A stretch of 64,000 bases of DNA from Bacteroidales bacterium (GCA_038249705.1 JBBSDC010000001.1:103-64102); one strand, 5' to 3'; positions 8,879 to 19,766 are shown, counted from the first letter of the stretch. Notes: generated from the letters alone by a model not told the origin. Numbers and translations are program-made.

Positions 8879-10345
8879 TTGACACCCTCACTCATATTTA
8901 TCAGCTTCCTGGTATATACTATATTGCTGTTTGTAGTTACCTGGATTACTGCCCGAAAAGCCAACAGCGAATCGTTTTATATCGGAAATAAGTCGTCGCC
9001 TTGGTTCGTAGTAGCTTATGGTATGATAGGAGCCTCATTGTCAGGCGTAACATTCATGTCGGTTCCGGGCTGGGTTGGCGAAACCCAATTCAGCTATTTC
9101 CTGGTAGTGGTTGGTTATCTTATTGGTTATACAGTTATTGCAACCATATTAATGCCAATGTATTACAGGTTAAATCTTACTTCAATTTATTCGTATCTCG
9201 AAAAGCGCTTCGGTTTCTGGTCCTATAAAACAGGAGCTTTTTTCTTTCTTTTATCGCGTACTATTGGTGCTTCTTTCAGGATGTTTCTGGTAGTTAATGT
9301 ATTGCAGGTTTTTGTTTTTGATGCATGGAATATTCCTTTTATTGTTACGGTGAGTATTTTTATTGGTCTCATTATTCTATACACTTTTAAAGGTGGAATT
9401 AAAACCATCATCTGGACTGATACTTTGCAAACCACTTTTATGCTTCTGGCAGTTGGCTTATCTATTTACCTAATAAGCAAAGATTTACACTACGATATCC
9501 ATAGTCTGTTTTCAACCGTTTGGAGTAGTGACTATTCGAAAATGGTTGTAACCGACTGGCACAGTAAACAGTTCTTCCTGAAACAAATACTAAGCGGTGC
9601 TTTTATAGCCATTGTAATGACAGGCCTCGACCAGGAAATGATGCAGAAAAACCTGAGCTGCCGCAATATCGGCGAAGCCCAGAAAAACATGTTTACCTTC
9701 AGCATTGTGTTGGTTTTTGTTAACCTGATGTTCCTTTTCTTAGGAGCTGTACTTTACATTTATTCATCAACTCACGGCATTGAATTACCTTTACGCTCCG
9801 ATGACCTTTTTCCTATGATTGCAATTAAATATCTGGGGCCATTAGCCGGTTTGGTATTTATAATCGGCTTAATTTCAGCAGCATATCCTAGTGCTGATGG
9901 AGCTCTTACCTCCTTGACTACATCATTTTCTATCGATTTTCTTGGTTTAGATAAGCGTAAGGACCTTAATGATGAGCAAAAAAAGAAATTTCGTTATGCC
10001 GTGCATTTTTCATTTGCTGTTCTGCTGCTGGTCGTAATAGTTATTTTCAGGGCAATAAACGACAGAGCTGTAATAGATAAACTTTTTACCGTTGCCGGAT
10101 ATACTTATGGTCCGCTACTGGGTCTATATGCATTCGGGTTATTTACCCGTTTCAATGTTTTGGATAAGTATGTTCCATATGTTGCGGTAAGTTCTCCTGT
10201 TTTAAGCTATTTGTTGAGCGAATTCTCAGTAGAATTGCTGAATGGATATAAGTTTGGATTTGAATTACTGATAATCAATGGATTGTTTACATTTATCGGA
10301 TTATTTCTTTTGCGCAGGAAAGATAAGCAAATTGGGAATCTGTAA
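8879..10345 (+). CDS. sodium:solute symporter (SSF) family transporter
   Basis: 488 aa with about 13 TM segments. ...GNKSSPWFVVAYGMIGASLSGVTFMSVPG... is typical of the SSF N-terminus. The start is TTG as given by the ORF track and is uncertain. Confidence 0.8.
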   Translation: MTPSLIFISFLVYTILLFVVTWITARKANSESFYIGNKSSPWFVVAYGMIGASLSGVTFMSVPGWVGETQFSYFLVVVGYLIGYTVIATILMPMYYRLNLTSIYSYLEKRFGFWSYKTGAFFFLLSRTIGASFRMFLVVNVLQVFVFDAWNIPFIVTVSIFIGLIILYTFKGGIKTIIWTDTLQTTFMLLAVGLSIYLISKDLHYDIHSLFSTVWSSDYSKMVVTDWHSKQFFLKQILSGAFIAIVMTGLDQEMMQKNLSCRNIGEAQKNMFTFSIVLVFVNLMFLFLGAVLYIYSSTHGIELPLRSDDLFPMIAIKYLGPLAGLVFIIGLISAAYPSADGALTSLTTSFSIDFLGLDKRKDLNDEQKKKFRYAVHFSFAVLLLVVIVIFRAINDRAVIDKLFTVAGYTYGPLLGLYAFGLFTRFNVLDKYVPYVAVSSPVLSYLLSEFSVELLNGYKFGFELLIINGLFTFIGLFLLRRKDKQIGNL

Positions 10346-10491
10346 TTGCTATAATCTGAAAATCAAGAACTTTAACCAATTGAATTCTATTTCAATGAAT
10401 GGAAATTCAATGAGTTTTATTCCCTTGAGGAATTTGTTGGTCAAAGTGTAAATAAATTTTGCAATTAACCTTTATTGCTCAACTAAATAGA

Positions 10492-10499
10492 TATTTTTG
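10492..10499 (+). promoter_or_regulatory. -7 box TATTTTTG upstream of glnN
   Basis: Exact TAnnTTTG match 27 nt upstream of the ATG at 10526. Confidence 0.45.
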
Positions 10500-10525
10500 C
10501 CACACAGAATTAAACACAAAAACAT

Positions 10526-12712
10526 ATGTCGAACATCCGGTTTAAAGCCCTTGAATTAGCTATCTCACGCCCAAAGCGTGCTATTGAAACAAATGGAAAA
10601 GTATCTGACTACTTTGGTGAAAATACTTTTAACCAGGCTGTTATGCGTCAGTATCTATCGAAAGAAGCTTTTCAGCAGTTACAAAGTGTAATTACCAAAG
10701 GCGAAAAGATTGACAGGCGGATTGCTGATCAGGTTGCTACTGCTATAAAATCGTGGGCTATTTCGAAAGGTGCAACACATTATACCCATTGGTTTCATCC
10801 GTTAACAGGTGCAACTGCCGAAAAACATGATTCGTTCCTATCACCGACTTCCGATGGAAAAGCCATTGAGCATTTCGGCGCAGGCGAACTAATTCAGCAG
10901 GAACCGGATGCTTCGAGTTTTCCAAGTGGAGGAATACGCAATACATTCGAAGCTCGTGGTTATACAGCCTGGGATCCTACTTCAACGGCATTTATTATGG
11001 ACGATACTTTGTGTATTCCAACCATATTTATCTCTTATACCGGCGAAGCTCTCGATTATAAAACACCGATGCTCAAAGCTTTACATTCACTTGATAAAGA
11101 AGCAACTGCTGTTTGTAAATATTTCGACCGCAATACATCAAAAGTAATTGCTACTTTAGGGTGGGAGCAGGAATATTTCCTTGTTGATACGGCTATTTTT
11201 CACGCCAGGCCCGATATGGCTTTGTGTGGACGAACGCTTTTCGGTCATGCTTCGGCAAAAGATCAACAGCTTTCGGATCATTATTTTGGAACAATTCCCG
11301 AAAGCGTAATGGATTTTATGCGCGAGTTCGAGTACGAAGCTCACCGATTAGGTATTCCTGTAAAAACCCGTCATAATGAAGTTGCGCCCAGCCAGTACGA
11401 ATGTGCACCGGTATTTGAAGAAGCCAATGTTGCCGTGGATCACAATCAGTTGCTGATGCACATCCTCGAAAAAGTTGCCAAGCGGCATCATCTTACGGTG
11501 CTCTTACACGAAAAGCCTTATCAGGGCGTAAATGGTTCAGGAAAGCATAACAACTGGTCGTTAATGACCAACAACGGTGAAAACCTTCTCTCTCCCGGAA
11601 AAACACCCAAAGCCAATCTGCGTTTTCTTACGTTCCTTGTAAATATTATTAAAGCTGTTGATACCCATTCCGGACTTATTCGCTCGGTTATTGCTTCTGC
11701 CGGCAACGATCTCCGATTAGGAGCGCACGAAGCACCACCGGCAATTATGTCAGTTTTTATAGGTGCACAGCTTTCGCAAATATTAGATGAAATTGAGAAA
11801 AGTGATGTTAAAACGGATCGGATTAAAGGAAGCATTGAGTCATTTTCGCTGAACATTCCTAAAATACCTGAAATTTTCCTCGATAATACAGACCGAAACC
11901 GTACTTCACCATTTGCTTTTACAGGTAACAAGTTCGAATTCAGGGCTGTAGGTTCATCTGCCAACTGTGCGAAACCTATGATTGCGTTAAACCTATCGCT
12001 GGCTGAACAACTTAGAGTTTTCCGCTCTGATGTTGATACTCTTATCGAAAAGGGTGAAAATAAGGAAGATGCAATTTACAAAATTCTGCGTAAATATATC
12101 AGCGAATCCAAACGAATCCGGTTCGAAGGCAACAGCTATGGCGATGATTGGATTACCGAAGCACTCGAACGCGGACTGGCTAATATATCATCCACACCTG
12201 ATGCATTGAAAGTTATGGCCACGGATGATGTAATTGCACTTTTCGAGGAGCACGATGTTCTTACAAAACGCGAAGTACTTGCACGTTACGAGATTGATCT
12301 TGAAAATTATATTAAGAAAATTCAGATCGAATCGCGGATCATAGGCGATCTCTCACATAATCATATTATTCCTACCGCAATCCGTTATCAGAATACACTT
12401 GTTGAAAATGTTAAAGGCTTAAAAGAAGTACTCGATAACAAAACTTTTGTAAAGCTTTCGAACAGCCAGATGCAAAATATCAAAGAGATATCAGAACATA
12501 TTTCTATTGTGAGACAGCTGGTTGCTGAAATGGTGGAAAAACGTAAAAAAGCAAACCGTCTGGAAAATACAATTGAAAAAGCTGAAATTTACAATAAAGA
12601 GATTTTGCCTTTCTTCGAGAAAGTAAGGTATCACGTTGACAAACTCGAACTGCTTGTAGATGATGAATTGTGGCCTTTGCCTAAATACAGGGAACTATTG
12701 TTTATCAAGTAA
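10526..12712 (+). CDS. glnN: glutamine synthetase, type III
   Basis: 728 aa. The length and conserved blocks (...ATHYTHWFHPLTG..., ...GWEQEYFL..., ...RHNEVAPSQYE..., ...NGSGKHNNWS...) are those of GSIII as found in Bacteroides and cyanobacteria. Confidence 0.93.
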   Translation: MSNIRFKALELAISRPKRAIETNGKVSDYFGENTFNQAVMRQYLSKEAFQQLQSVITKGEKIDRRIADQVATAIKSWAISKGATHYTHWFHPLTGATAEKHDSFLSPTSDGKAIEHFGAGELIQQEPDASSFPSGGIRNTFEARGYTAWDPTSTAFIMDDTLCIPTIFISYTGEALDYKTPMLKALHSLDKEATAVCKYFDRNTSKVIATLGWEQEYFLVDTAIFHARPDMALCGRTLFGHASAKDQQLSDHYFGTIPESVMDFMREFEYEAHRLGIPVKTRHNEVAPSQYECAPVFEEANVAVDHNQLLMHILEKVAKRHHLTVLLHEKPYQGVNGSGKHNNWSLMTNNGENLLSPGKTPKANLRFLTFLVNIIKAVDTHSGLIRSVIASAGNDLRLGAHEAPPAIMSVFIGAQLSQILDEIEKSDVKTDRIKGSIESFSLNIPKIPEIFLDNTDRNRTSPFAFTGNKFEFRAVGSSANCAKPMIALNLSLAEQLRVFRSDVDTLIEKGENKEDAIYKILRKYISESKRIRFEGNSYGDDWITEALERGLANISSTPDALKVMATDDVIALFEEHDVLTKREVLARYEIDLENYIKKIQIESRIIGDLSHNHIIPTAIRYQNTLVENVKGLKEVLDNKTFVKLSNSQMQNIKEISEHISIVRQLVAEMVEKRKKANRLENTIEKAEIYNKEILPFFEKVRYHVDKLELLVDDELWPLPKYRELLFIK

Positions 12713-12767
12713 TTAGCAAAGCTTTGACAATTCAAGATAACAAATCGAAATAATGAATTAAATTTTA

Positions 12768-12800
12768 TACTGCCCGGAACTAAAATTTCGGGCAGTTTCA
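12768..12800 (+). terminator. intrinsic terminator after glnN
   Basis: actgcccg / cgggcagt stem with a 12-nt loop, followed by ttcatatt. Confidence 0.55.
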
Positions 12801-12968
12801 TATTCTGCTTTTCTATTGAAGAAATTGTTGAATAATTCCATTTCACAAGTTGTTGATTAAAGGATAAATATGAGGAAGAATTTTAGAAATAATAAATATA
12901 GCGGGGCTTCGTTTTAATGTATAAATCAAAATTAGTGTAACTTTGAAAGGCAATAATCCCACATTATT

Positions 12969-14117
12969 ATGTTCAAAAAACTCATATTAACTGCATTTTT
13001 AATGCTTTCGCTTATAGGAATTAAAGCGCAGATAAATGTTACCAAAGTAGGTTCTCCCGGAATTAATAATACTTCGGAGGGTTTATTTTATGCTTTGCCA
13101 CAAACTGTAATTCAGGTTGATATTGTTGTAAATAAAGTTCAGAAAGTTAAAGGGCCGTTTTCGGAATTTGCTGATCAGATGCTTGGATTATCGCTGGTTA
13201 CATCAGTTAACAGTACTGAATATGAGCTCAAGGATATCCGGCTGACTTCGTACGTTGAACCTGATCCGGATGAGTATTATTTTATACAGATGCCGGCAAA
13301 ACAAAAAGAAAAAAAAGCAATTGAGCTTTTCTTATCCGGCGACGGAATTATTTCCGGTGTTGGTTCCCCTGCTCAGCCTGTAGTGGATAAAAAACAACGT
13401 TCCATCGACCTGAGTGCATCCAGTGTTGACATTCCTGAATTTGCAAATCCAAGTGTATTTGAACGTATGGATACGGTTATTAAACGAATAAGCCTGGACA
13501 CAACTATAATTGAACAGAAATTTTTCAGGAAGACCTCTGCAGTTAAATCCGTTGAACAAAAAGCCCGGGAAGCTGCGGAATTTATACTCAAACTTGACGA
13601 AAGTATGTATAACCTAATTAATGGTTACCAGGAAGTTAACTATGAAAAAGGCACTATGGAATTTATGTATAACCAGATGAACAGCATGAAACTGGACTAT
13701 CTCGAATTGTTTAAAGGAGTTACAAGTATTACGTCCGAAAAATTTACCTTTTATTATATTGCTGACAAAAGTAATCCTTTCGAAACTCTCTGCAGGTTTT
13801 CGATCAGCAAGGGAATTCTTCCAAAAACTTCAGCATCAGGCGATTTAATTCAAATTCAGGCTACCGGCATAAATAAAACGAATGCTTTAAAAGCCGAAAC
13901 AGAAAAAATGAAAATGGGTCAGCGCGAATCGCACGGTTTATATTATCGGATTCCGGATAAGGCAATTGTAGCAGTAAAAGTAGGAGGGCAGGTAAAACTT
14001 GAATCGCAGTTTATAATAAACCAGTTTGGTGTGATAACTTTTTTACCAGCAACGAGCATCCGAAATATTGGAATCGACAACAATACAGGAACTGTTAAAC
14101 GCGTTGTATTGGAATAA
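12969..14117 (+). CDS. secreted hypothetical protein (possibly DUF4831-like)
   Basis: 382 aa. It has an N-terminal signal peptide (MFKKLILTAFLMLSLIGIKAQ), ordinary composition and no catalytic motif that I recognise. Confidence 0.6.
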   Translation: MFKKLILTAFLMLSLIGIKAQINVTKVGSPGINNTSEGLFYALPQTVIQVDIVVNKVQKVKGPFSEFADQMLGLSLVTSVNSTEYELKDIRLTSYVEPDPDEYYFIQMPAKQKEKKAIELFLSGDGIISGVGSPAQPVVDKKQRSIDLSASSVDIPEFANPSVFERMDTVIKRISLDTTIIEQKFFRKTSAVKSVEQKAREAAEFILKLDESMYNLINGYQEVNYEKGTMEFMYNQMNSMKLDYLELFKGVTSITSEKFTFYYIADKSNPFETLCRFSISKGILPKTSASGDLIQIQATGINKTNALKAETEKMKMGQRESHGLYYRIPDKAIVAVKVGGQVKLESQFIINQFGVITFLPATSIRNIGIDNNTGTVKRVVLE

Positions 14118-14160
14118 AACGCAAATTCCCTTCTGAAACAAAATGACTTAAAGCTGCTTA

Positions 14161-14781
14161 ATGCACTATAAAGAATTAATTTCCAAAGCAATACGCATTT
14201 CACTGATACCAAGTATCCAGTGGAAGGAAATAAAAAACGAGAAAGATACTCCCAAAGAACTGATGTGGAATTTTGCCTTCCCCGTCATTCTTTTTAGCGC
14301 AATTGGTCGTGATATAGGTCTGTTTTTTGTTGCAAAATCCGTACTGGGATATTCGCTCAATCTTGCATTATTAGTGCTTTTTAACCTCGTTTCCTGGGTT
14401 GTAATTCCTTATTTGCTGATTATGCTTGCTGCATACCTGCTCAATTTTGTATTACCAAAGCTAGGTATTGAAACTGACTATATTCGGGTTCTTAAATTAG
14501 TGGTTTATACTTTTACTCCACTTTTTATAGTCACATTTTTTGTATACCTGCATCCGTTACTCCGCATATTGATTCCAATAGGTATCTATATCTTTATAGC
14601 TTACACCTTGTATGTTTTCTGGTATGGCGTTCAGGAAATGTTTGATATCACACTTGAAAAGAAGCTCAGGTTTATCGTAATAACAATATTGATGGGTTTT
14701 ATAATTATTTTCCTGGCACAACACATTTACGGCCTGCTTTTAGGCTGGGTAATGCCGGGAATGGAAGCTTATGTGAAATAA
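14161..14781 (+). CDS. Yip1-like multi-pass membrane protein
   Basis: 206 aa with a soluble ~30-aa N-terminus followed by 5 hydrophobic helices. The family assignment is tentative. Confidence 0.55.
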   Translation: MHYKELISKAIRISLIPSIQWKEIKNEKDTPKELMWNFAFPVILFSAIGRDIGLFFVAKSVLGYSLNLALLVLFNLVSWVVIPYLLIMLAAYLLNFVLPKLGIETDYIRVLKLVVYTFTPLFIVTFFVYLHPLLRILIPIGIYIFIAYTLYVFWYGVQEMFDITLEKKLRFIVITILMGFIIIFLAQHIYGLLLGWVMPGMEAYVK

Positions 14782-14784
14782 ATT

Positions 14785-15600
14785 TTAAAGTGCCTTTTTA
14801 AGTCTTACCAGTTCGCCAAGTAAAGCATCCATTAAATCGAGCCGCAGCATGTTTGCGCCATCCGATTTAGCCCTTGAGGGTTCAGGATGCGTTTCCATAA
14901 AAAGTCCTTCAACACCGGCTGTTATGCCGAGTTTAGCCATAAGTGGTATCAAATCAGGACGGCCACCGGTAACTCCTGCTGGTTGATTAGGTTGTTGTAG
15001 CGAATGCGTTACATCAAGTATCACCGGAACTCCAGCCTGTTGCATAACAGGAATATTCCTGAAATCGACAACAAGATCAGTATAACCGAATGTAGTTCCG
15101 CGTTCGGTAAGCATTACTTTGTTGTTACCGGTTTCACGCACTTTTTCTACAGCAAAATGCATGGTTTCGGCTGATGAAAACTGTCCTTTTTTAATATTCA
15201 CCACTTTGCCTGTTTCACCGGCAGCAACAAGCAGATCGCTTTGCCGGCATAAAAATGCTGGAATCTGGAGTACATCCACATAGCCAGCTGCCAATAAAGC
15301 ATCACTTTCGCTATGAATATCACTTACCACCGGCACGTTAAACTTTTGCCTGATTGAAGCAAGGATTTCGAGTGCTTTTTCGTCGCCAATTCCTGTGAAA
15401 GACGAACTTTTCGATCGGTTTGCCTTTCGGTAAGAGGCTTTAAAAATAAACGGAATCTTATATTTGTCAGTCAGTTCAACTAGTATTCTGGCAATTTCGA
15501 AAGGGCTTTCAGCATCCTCAATCACACAAGGACCAGCAAGCAGAAAGAAATTTCCGCTATCGGTAAATTTAATCAGTGGAATTTGGTTTATTATGTTCAT
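14785..15600 (-). CDS. kdsA: 3-deoxy-8-phosphooctulonate (KDO-8-P) synthase
   Basis: ...FFLLAGPCVIE...FKASYRKANRSS...DVTHSLQ.P...GG are classical KdsA motifs. I prefer the ATG at 15600 over the upstream TTG at 15618 offered by the ORF track. Confidence 0.92.
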   Translation of the reverse strand: MNIINQIPLIKFTDSGNFFLLAGPCVIEDAESPFEIARILVELTDKYKIPFIFKASYRKANRSKSSSFTGIGDEKALEILASIRQKFNVPVVSDIHSESDALLAAGYVDVLQIPAFLCRQSDLLVAAGETGKVVNIKKGQFSSAETMHFAVEKVRETGNNKVMLTERGTTFGYTDLVVDFRNIPVMQQAGVPVILDVTHSLQQPNQPAGVTGGRPDLIPLMAKLGITAGVEGLFMETHPEPSRAKSDGANMLRLDLMDALLGELVRLKKAL

Positions 15601-15705
15601 ACAAATCTGGTTAACCAATTAAAAATGAAGTGTAAAATTTATTTCGAAACTGTTATTGCTTTGTAACTCAATCGCATTAAAAACGAGGAATCAGACTTTT
15701 TTGCA

Positions 15706-16980
15706 TTAATAGCCATATTTTTCGCCCCAGTTTTTCCGAAGTTTTTCTCGTGCCTCATGTTCCCTTGCGTTATGGCCGGGATCATACAATTTCAATCCAT
15801 GTATTTTTTCAGGTAAAAATTCGAGGTTTACAAAATTCCCATCGTATTGATGTGCATATTTATAATCCGCACCATATCCAATATTTTTCATCAGCCGGGT
15901 AGGCGCGTTTCGCAAATGAAGTGGAACTGGTAGGTCGCCGAACTTCTGAACTGTTGCCATAGCGCCCTCTATGGCCATATACGAGGCATTGCTTTTTGCT
16001 GAACAAGCAAGGTAAATTGCAGTTTGTGAAAGAATGATCCTGCTTTCGGGGAAACCGATTTTATTTACAGCATCAAAACAGTTATTCGCCAGCACCAATG
16101 CCGTTGGGTTTGCGTTGCCAATATCTTCGGAAGCCAGTATTACCATCCGGCGGGCAATGAAAAGCGGATCTTCGCCTGCAGTTACCATCCTAGCAAGCCA
16201 ATACACAGCTCCATTCGGATCACTGCCCCGCATCGATTTAATAAAAGCTGAAATCACATCATAATGCATCTCGCCCGATTTGTCGTACAGAGCCAGGTTC
16301 TTTTGAATAATTTTCAGCGTATTCTCGTTGTTAATTTCAATATCCTGATCCGACGACAATAATGATGAAACTATTATATCAATGGCATTGAGCAACTTAC
16401 GGGCATCTCCACCTGATATTCGCATCAGTGCTTCATTTTCCCTTATTTTAATTTTAACGCCATAAATACTGCTTAACGTAGCAATGGCTTTATCAATGAT
16501 CAGGAGCATATCTTCCTCTTCGAGTGATTTCAGAATATATACCTGACAACGCGAAAGTAACGGCGAAATAACTTCGAATGATGGATTTTCGGTTGTTGCG
16601 CCTATTAAAATTACAATTCCTTTTTCGACGGCTCCCAAAAGAGAATCTTGCTGCGATTTACTGAAACGATGTATTTCGTCAATAAAAAGTATGGGTTGCG
16701 ATTCATCTTTACTGGCTTTTTCAATTACTTCCCTTACATCTTTTACCCCTGAATTTACAGCGCTTAACGTGTAAAATTGCCTTTTGGTAGCATTGGCAAT
16801 AATGAGTGCCAATGTTGTTTTTCCAACACCAGGTGGTCCCCAGAAAATCATTGAATGAACCACACCACCGTCGACCATTTTCCTGAAAGCGCTTTCGGCT
16901 GCCATCAGATGTTGCTGTCCAATGTATTCATCCGCATTTTTGGGCCGGAGAATTTCAGCTAATGGAATCTGTGTGCTCAT
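15706..16980 (-). CDS. rarA: replication-associated recombination protein A (AAA+ ATPase)
   Basis: 424 aa with Walker A GPPGVGKTT, Walker [11 protein letters not shown], and the C-terminal MgsA signature ...YDVISAFIKSMRGSDPNGAVYWLARM... Confidence 0.92.
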   Translation of the reverse strand: MSTQIPLAEILRPKNADEYIGQQHLMAAESAFRKMVDGGVVHSMIFWGPPGVGKTTLALIIANATKRQFYTLSAVNSGVKDVREVIEKASKDESQPILFIDEIHRFSKSQQDSLLGAVEKGIVILIGATTENPSFEVISPLLSRCQVYILKSLEEEDMLLIIDKAIATLSSIYGVKIKIRENEALMRISGGDARKLLNAIDIIVSSLLSSDQDIEINNENTLKIIQKNLALYDKSGEMHYDVISAFIKSMRGSDPNGAVYWLARMVTAGEDPLFIARRMVILASEDIGNANPTALVLANNCFDAVNKIGFPESRIILSQTAIYLACSAKSNASYMAIEGAMATVQKFGDLPVPLHLRNAPTRLMKNIGYGADYKYAHQYDGNFVNLEFLPEKIHGLKLYDPGHNAREHEAREKLRKNWGEKYGY

Positions 16981-16996
16981 CTCAAAAATAGTAAAA

Positions 16997-19141
16997 TTAT
17001 TCAGTTACTGAATTATGATTGTTTCCGGCTGATTTTCGTTTGTAATTACTTGGGTATGGATAGCGGTCAATATCATCCTGTATTGGCGAAATGTCAAGTC
17101 CGTCCAAAGACGAGGATAATGATTGCGTTTTCACAATTCTTTGTTCGGGGTAAATAATGACGAAATTTTTGTTTTCGTAATAACGGGCCAGGTCGCGGGG
17201 CATATGGTCGAAATAATGATTGAATGAAAGTGTGCGACGCCTGGCAGCAATAACCACAAATAAATCCTGTAATGTTACTGCTTGAGCTAATTCACTGATT
17301 GGATGTGAAGATTTTAATACTTGGTATTCGATTTGAAGGTTTACTGCATTGGGACTAAAAAAAGTCCGGATTTCAGAAATAGATTTATCGCAACCTGAAA
17401 ATAACAACAGCGAACTGGTTCGTGTAGCCAAAACCTGAAGAGTATTAAGCCAGGCACCAAAACCAGCTTCAATTTCAGCATTTTCGGGTATGGAAACAAC
17501 AATCCGGTTGGTAGTATTCAGTGGATTTGTGGCTTTAACAACTACCACCATTTGTTCAGTACTCGCTATAAGGTTTTCGATGATTGTGCCAAAGAAAAAG
17601 TTGGTGGTAGTAATTTTCCCATTCCATCCCAACACAATTTTATTAATCATTAATTCCTTAACAGCCCTGTTTATTCCATTAGCAACATTCAAATCAACCC
17701 TTGATACCAGGTTAAGCTTAGTTTCCGAAGCAGCAGCATGAGTTATAGCAGATTCAAACATTTTATTATTCCTTGCAATCTGTTCCTGTGCAAAAGCATC
17801 ATCAGGAACTACAGAAAGCATGTAAACCGGTTGCGATGATTGTAACTCCCTTATCAGTATGGCAAAATCCACCAAACCTTCGATGGTTGCAGGATTTGAT
17901 ACCGGTACAAGAATTCTTTCCACTGTTCCAGAATCAGAAGGTTTCTTTTCAACTTCGGCAATAGCTAGTTTCCGACCTGCACGTTCAGTTACAAACGAAC
18001 CGATAAAACACGAAACAAGAATTATCATAATAGCTCCGTTCAGCACGTCCAAACCTATCAGTTTTAAGTCGTAACCAACAATAACAACGGCTATTATTGC
18101 TGCTGCATGAGAAACACTCAAGCCAAATATTACCTGTCGCTCTATAGCGGAATACTTATAAATGATTTGCATCACCCAGGCTGCAGCAAATTTACTTGTG
18201 ATAGCAACTATTACCAATGTAATGCTGAATATTAAAGCTCCATAACCATTAAAAAATACACTTAAATCTACCATTAACCCGACACTGATCAGGAAAATCG
18301 GTATAAAGAAATTATTTCCTATAAAAGAAATTCGGTTCATTAAAGCCGATGTATGCGGAATCAGTTTATTCATAGCCAGGCCAGCCAGAAATGCTCCGAT
18401 AATCGGTTCAATACCGGCAGCCCGGGCCAGTAACCCTGAAATGTATAAAATAGCTAGTACATAAATATACTGCGAACCACTTTCTCCTTCCAGATTTTTA
18501 AAAAACCAGATACTGATTTTTGGAACTCCCCATAGAATTAAGAAAGAAAATACAGATAAGGAAAGGATCATACGGATCCAGAACATAATTGTAAATGAGC
18601 CATCAGTTGCAGCAGAAATAAAAGCAAGCAAAACCAAAACAGCGGTATCCGTAATAATTGTACCACCAATAGTTATAGTAACAGCTTCACTTCTGGTAAT
18701 TCCTAACCGGCTGGCAATAGGGTAGGAGATAAGCGTATGTGTTGAAAACATGCTTGCAATGAGTATAGAAGCAATCAAATTATAGGACAGCAGAAAATGA
18801 GTAACAAAAAAACCAAAAATCAGCGGAATAAAAAAAGTAAGAACTCCAAAAACGAGACTCTTTGTACGATTACGCATTAATTCGCGGGAGTTGAGTTCCA
18901 ACCCGGCAAGAAACATCAGATAGAGTAAACCGGCAGTGCTCAAAAGCTTGATGCTATCGCCAAATTCAACCAGATTCAAGCCATGAGGACCAATAATTAC
19001 TCCTGAAATAATTAGCCCAACAATTCCGGGAATCCTGAATTTCTTAAAAATAATGGGTGCCAGCAGAATAATTGTTATAAGAATTGTAAAAACAATAACC
19101 GGCTCATTAAAAGGAAGATCGGGCAAATTAAACGAGTGCAT
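16997..19141 (-). CDS. CPA2-family cation:proton antiporter with a large C-terminal cytoplasmic domain
   Basis: 714 aa. The N-terminal ~400 aa have 12-13 TM helices of the Kef/NhaP-like Na+/H+ exchanger type. The C-terminal ~300 aa are soluble and resemble a tandem USP-like alpha/beta unit (tentative). Confidence 0.8.
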   Translation of the reverse strand: MHSFNLPDLPFNEPVIVFTILITIILLAPIIFKKFRIPGIVGLIISGVIIGPHGLNLVEFGDSIKLLSTAGLLYLMFLAGLELNSRELMRNRTKSLVFGVLTFFIPLIFGFFVTHFLLSYNLIASILIASMFSTHTLISYPIASRLGITRSEAVTITIGGTIITDTAVLVLLAFISAATDGSFTIMFWIRMILSLSVFSFLILWGVPKISIWFFKNLEGESGSQYIYVLAILYISGLLARAAGIEPIIGAFLAGLAMNKLIPHTSALMNRISFIGNNFFIPIFLISVGLMVDLSVFFNGYGALIFSITLVIVAITSKFAAAWVMQIIYKYSAIERQVIFGLSVSHAAAIIAVVIVGYDLKLIGLDVLNGAIMIILVSCFIGSFVTERAGRKLAIAEVEKKPSDSGTVERILVPVSNPATIEGLVDFAILIRELQSSQPVYMLSVVPDDAFAQEQIARNNKMFESAITHAAASETKLNLVSRVDLNVANGINRAVKELMINKIVLGWNGKITTTNFFFGTIIENLIASTEQMVVVVKATNPLNTTNRIVVSIPENAEIEAGFGAWLNTLQVLATRTSSLLLFSGCDKSISEIRTFFSPNAVNLQIEYQVLKSSHPISELAQAVTLQDLFVVIAARRRTLSFNHYFDHMPRDLARYYENKNFVIIYPEQRIVKTQSLSSSLDGLDISPIQDDIDRYPYPSNYKRKSAGNNHNSVTE

Positions 19142-19166
19142 GCTCTGTTTTTGTTTTTAGATAGTG

Positions 19167-19174
19167 CAAATGTA
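19167..19174 (-). promoter_or_regulatory. -7 box (TACATTTG on the minus strand) for the antiporter gene
   Basis: Plus-strand caaatgta sits 26 nt upstream (minus sense) of the start at 19141. Confidence 0.45.
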
Positions 19175-19484
19175 AGTCAATTGAGCGAATTTAGCCGTCT
19201 TAAATCAGGTAGAAGCTTATCCCAAAAACAGTAGAATTTATACATCAAGTTGGAAAATTATATTTTTCGAAAAAGCCTTTTAGAGGCTAAAAACTGATGA
19301 AAATATGCTTTTTTAACCTACGAAAAGAGAATAAAAACGAGTTATTAACAATTTTTTGGACGCTGTTAATATCTTTTATTCTTTAAATTGATTTATAATT
19401 AACTGTTTATTAAGCAAATACAAAATATGTTAAAAAAACTTAATTTTTTTTCAGTGAAAGTTTGATTGACATTATAAATCGGTG

Positions 19485-19492
19485 TACTTTTG
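19485..19492 (+). promoter_or_regulatory. -7 box TACTTTTG for the small lipoprotein gene
   Basis: Exact TAnnTTTG match 26 nt upstream of the ATG at 19518. Confidence 0.5.
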
Positions 19493-19517
19493 CACCGTTT
19501 TTTAACTAATCTTAGTC

Positions 19518-19742
19518 ATGAAAAAATTATTTGCAATGTTAGTAGTAGCTGGTATGGTAGGTTTTGTAGCTTGCGGCCCCAGCGCAGAAGAAAAAGCTGA
19601 AAAAGCTCGTCAGGATTCAATCGCTCTTGCCGATTCATTGAACAATGTAGCAATTGAGCAAGCTCGTATAGCTGACTCAACAGCTCAGGCTGCAGTTGAA
19701 GCTGCTCACGCAGATTCAATCGCTCAGGGTCTTATCAAGTAA
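19518..19742 (+). CDS. small Ala/Gln-rich lipoprotein
   Basis: 74 aa with a signal peptide and lipobox (MVGFVAC). The mature part is predicted helical with repeated ADSxA/DSIA motifs. The gene is bracketed by a consensus -7 box and a strong terminator. Confidence 0.7.
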   Translation: MKKLFAMLVVAGMVGFVACGPSAEEKAEKARQDSIALADSLNNVAIEQARIADSTAQAAVEAAHADSIAQGLIK

Positions 19743-19766
19743 TTTAAATTTCTTGATTGACAACTT

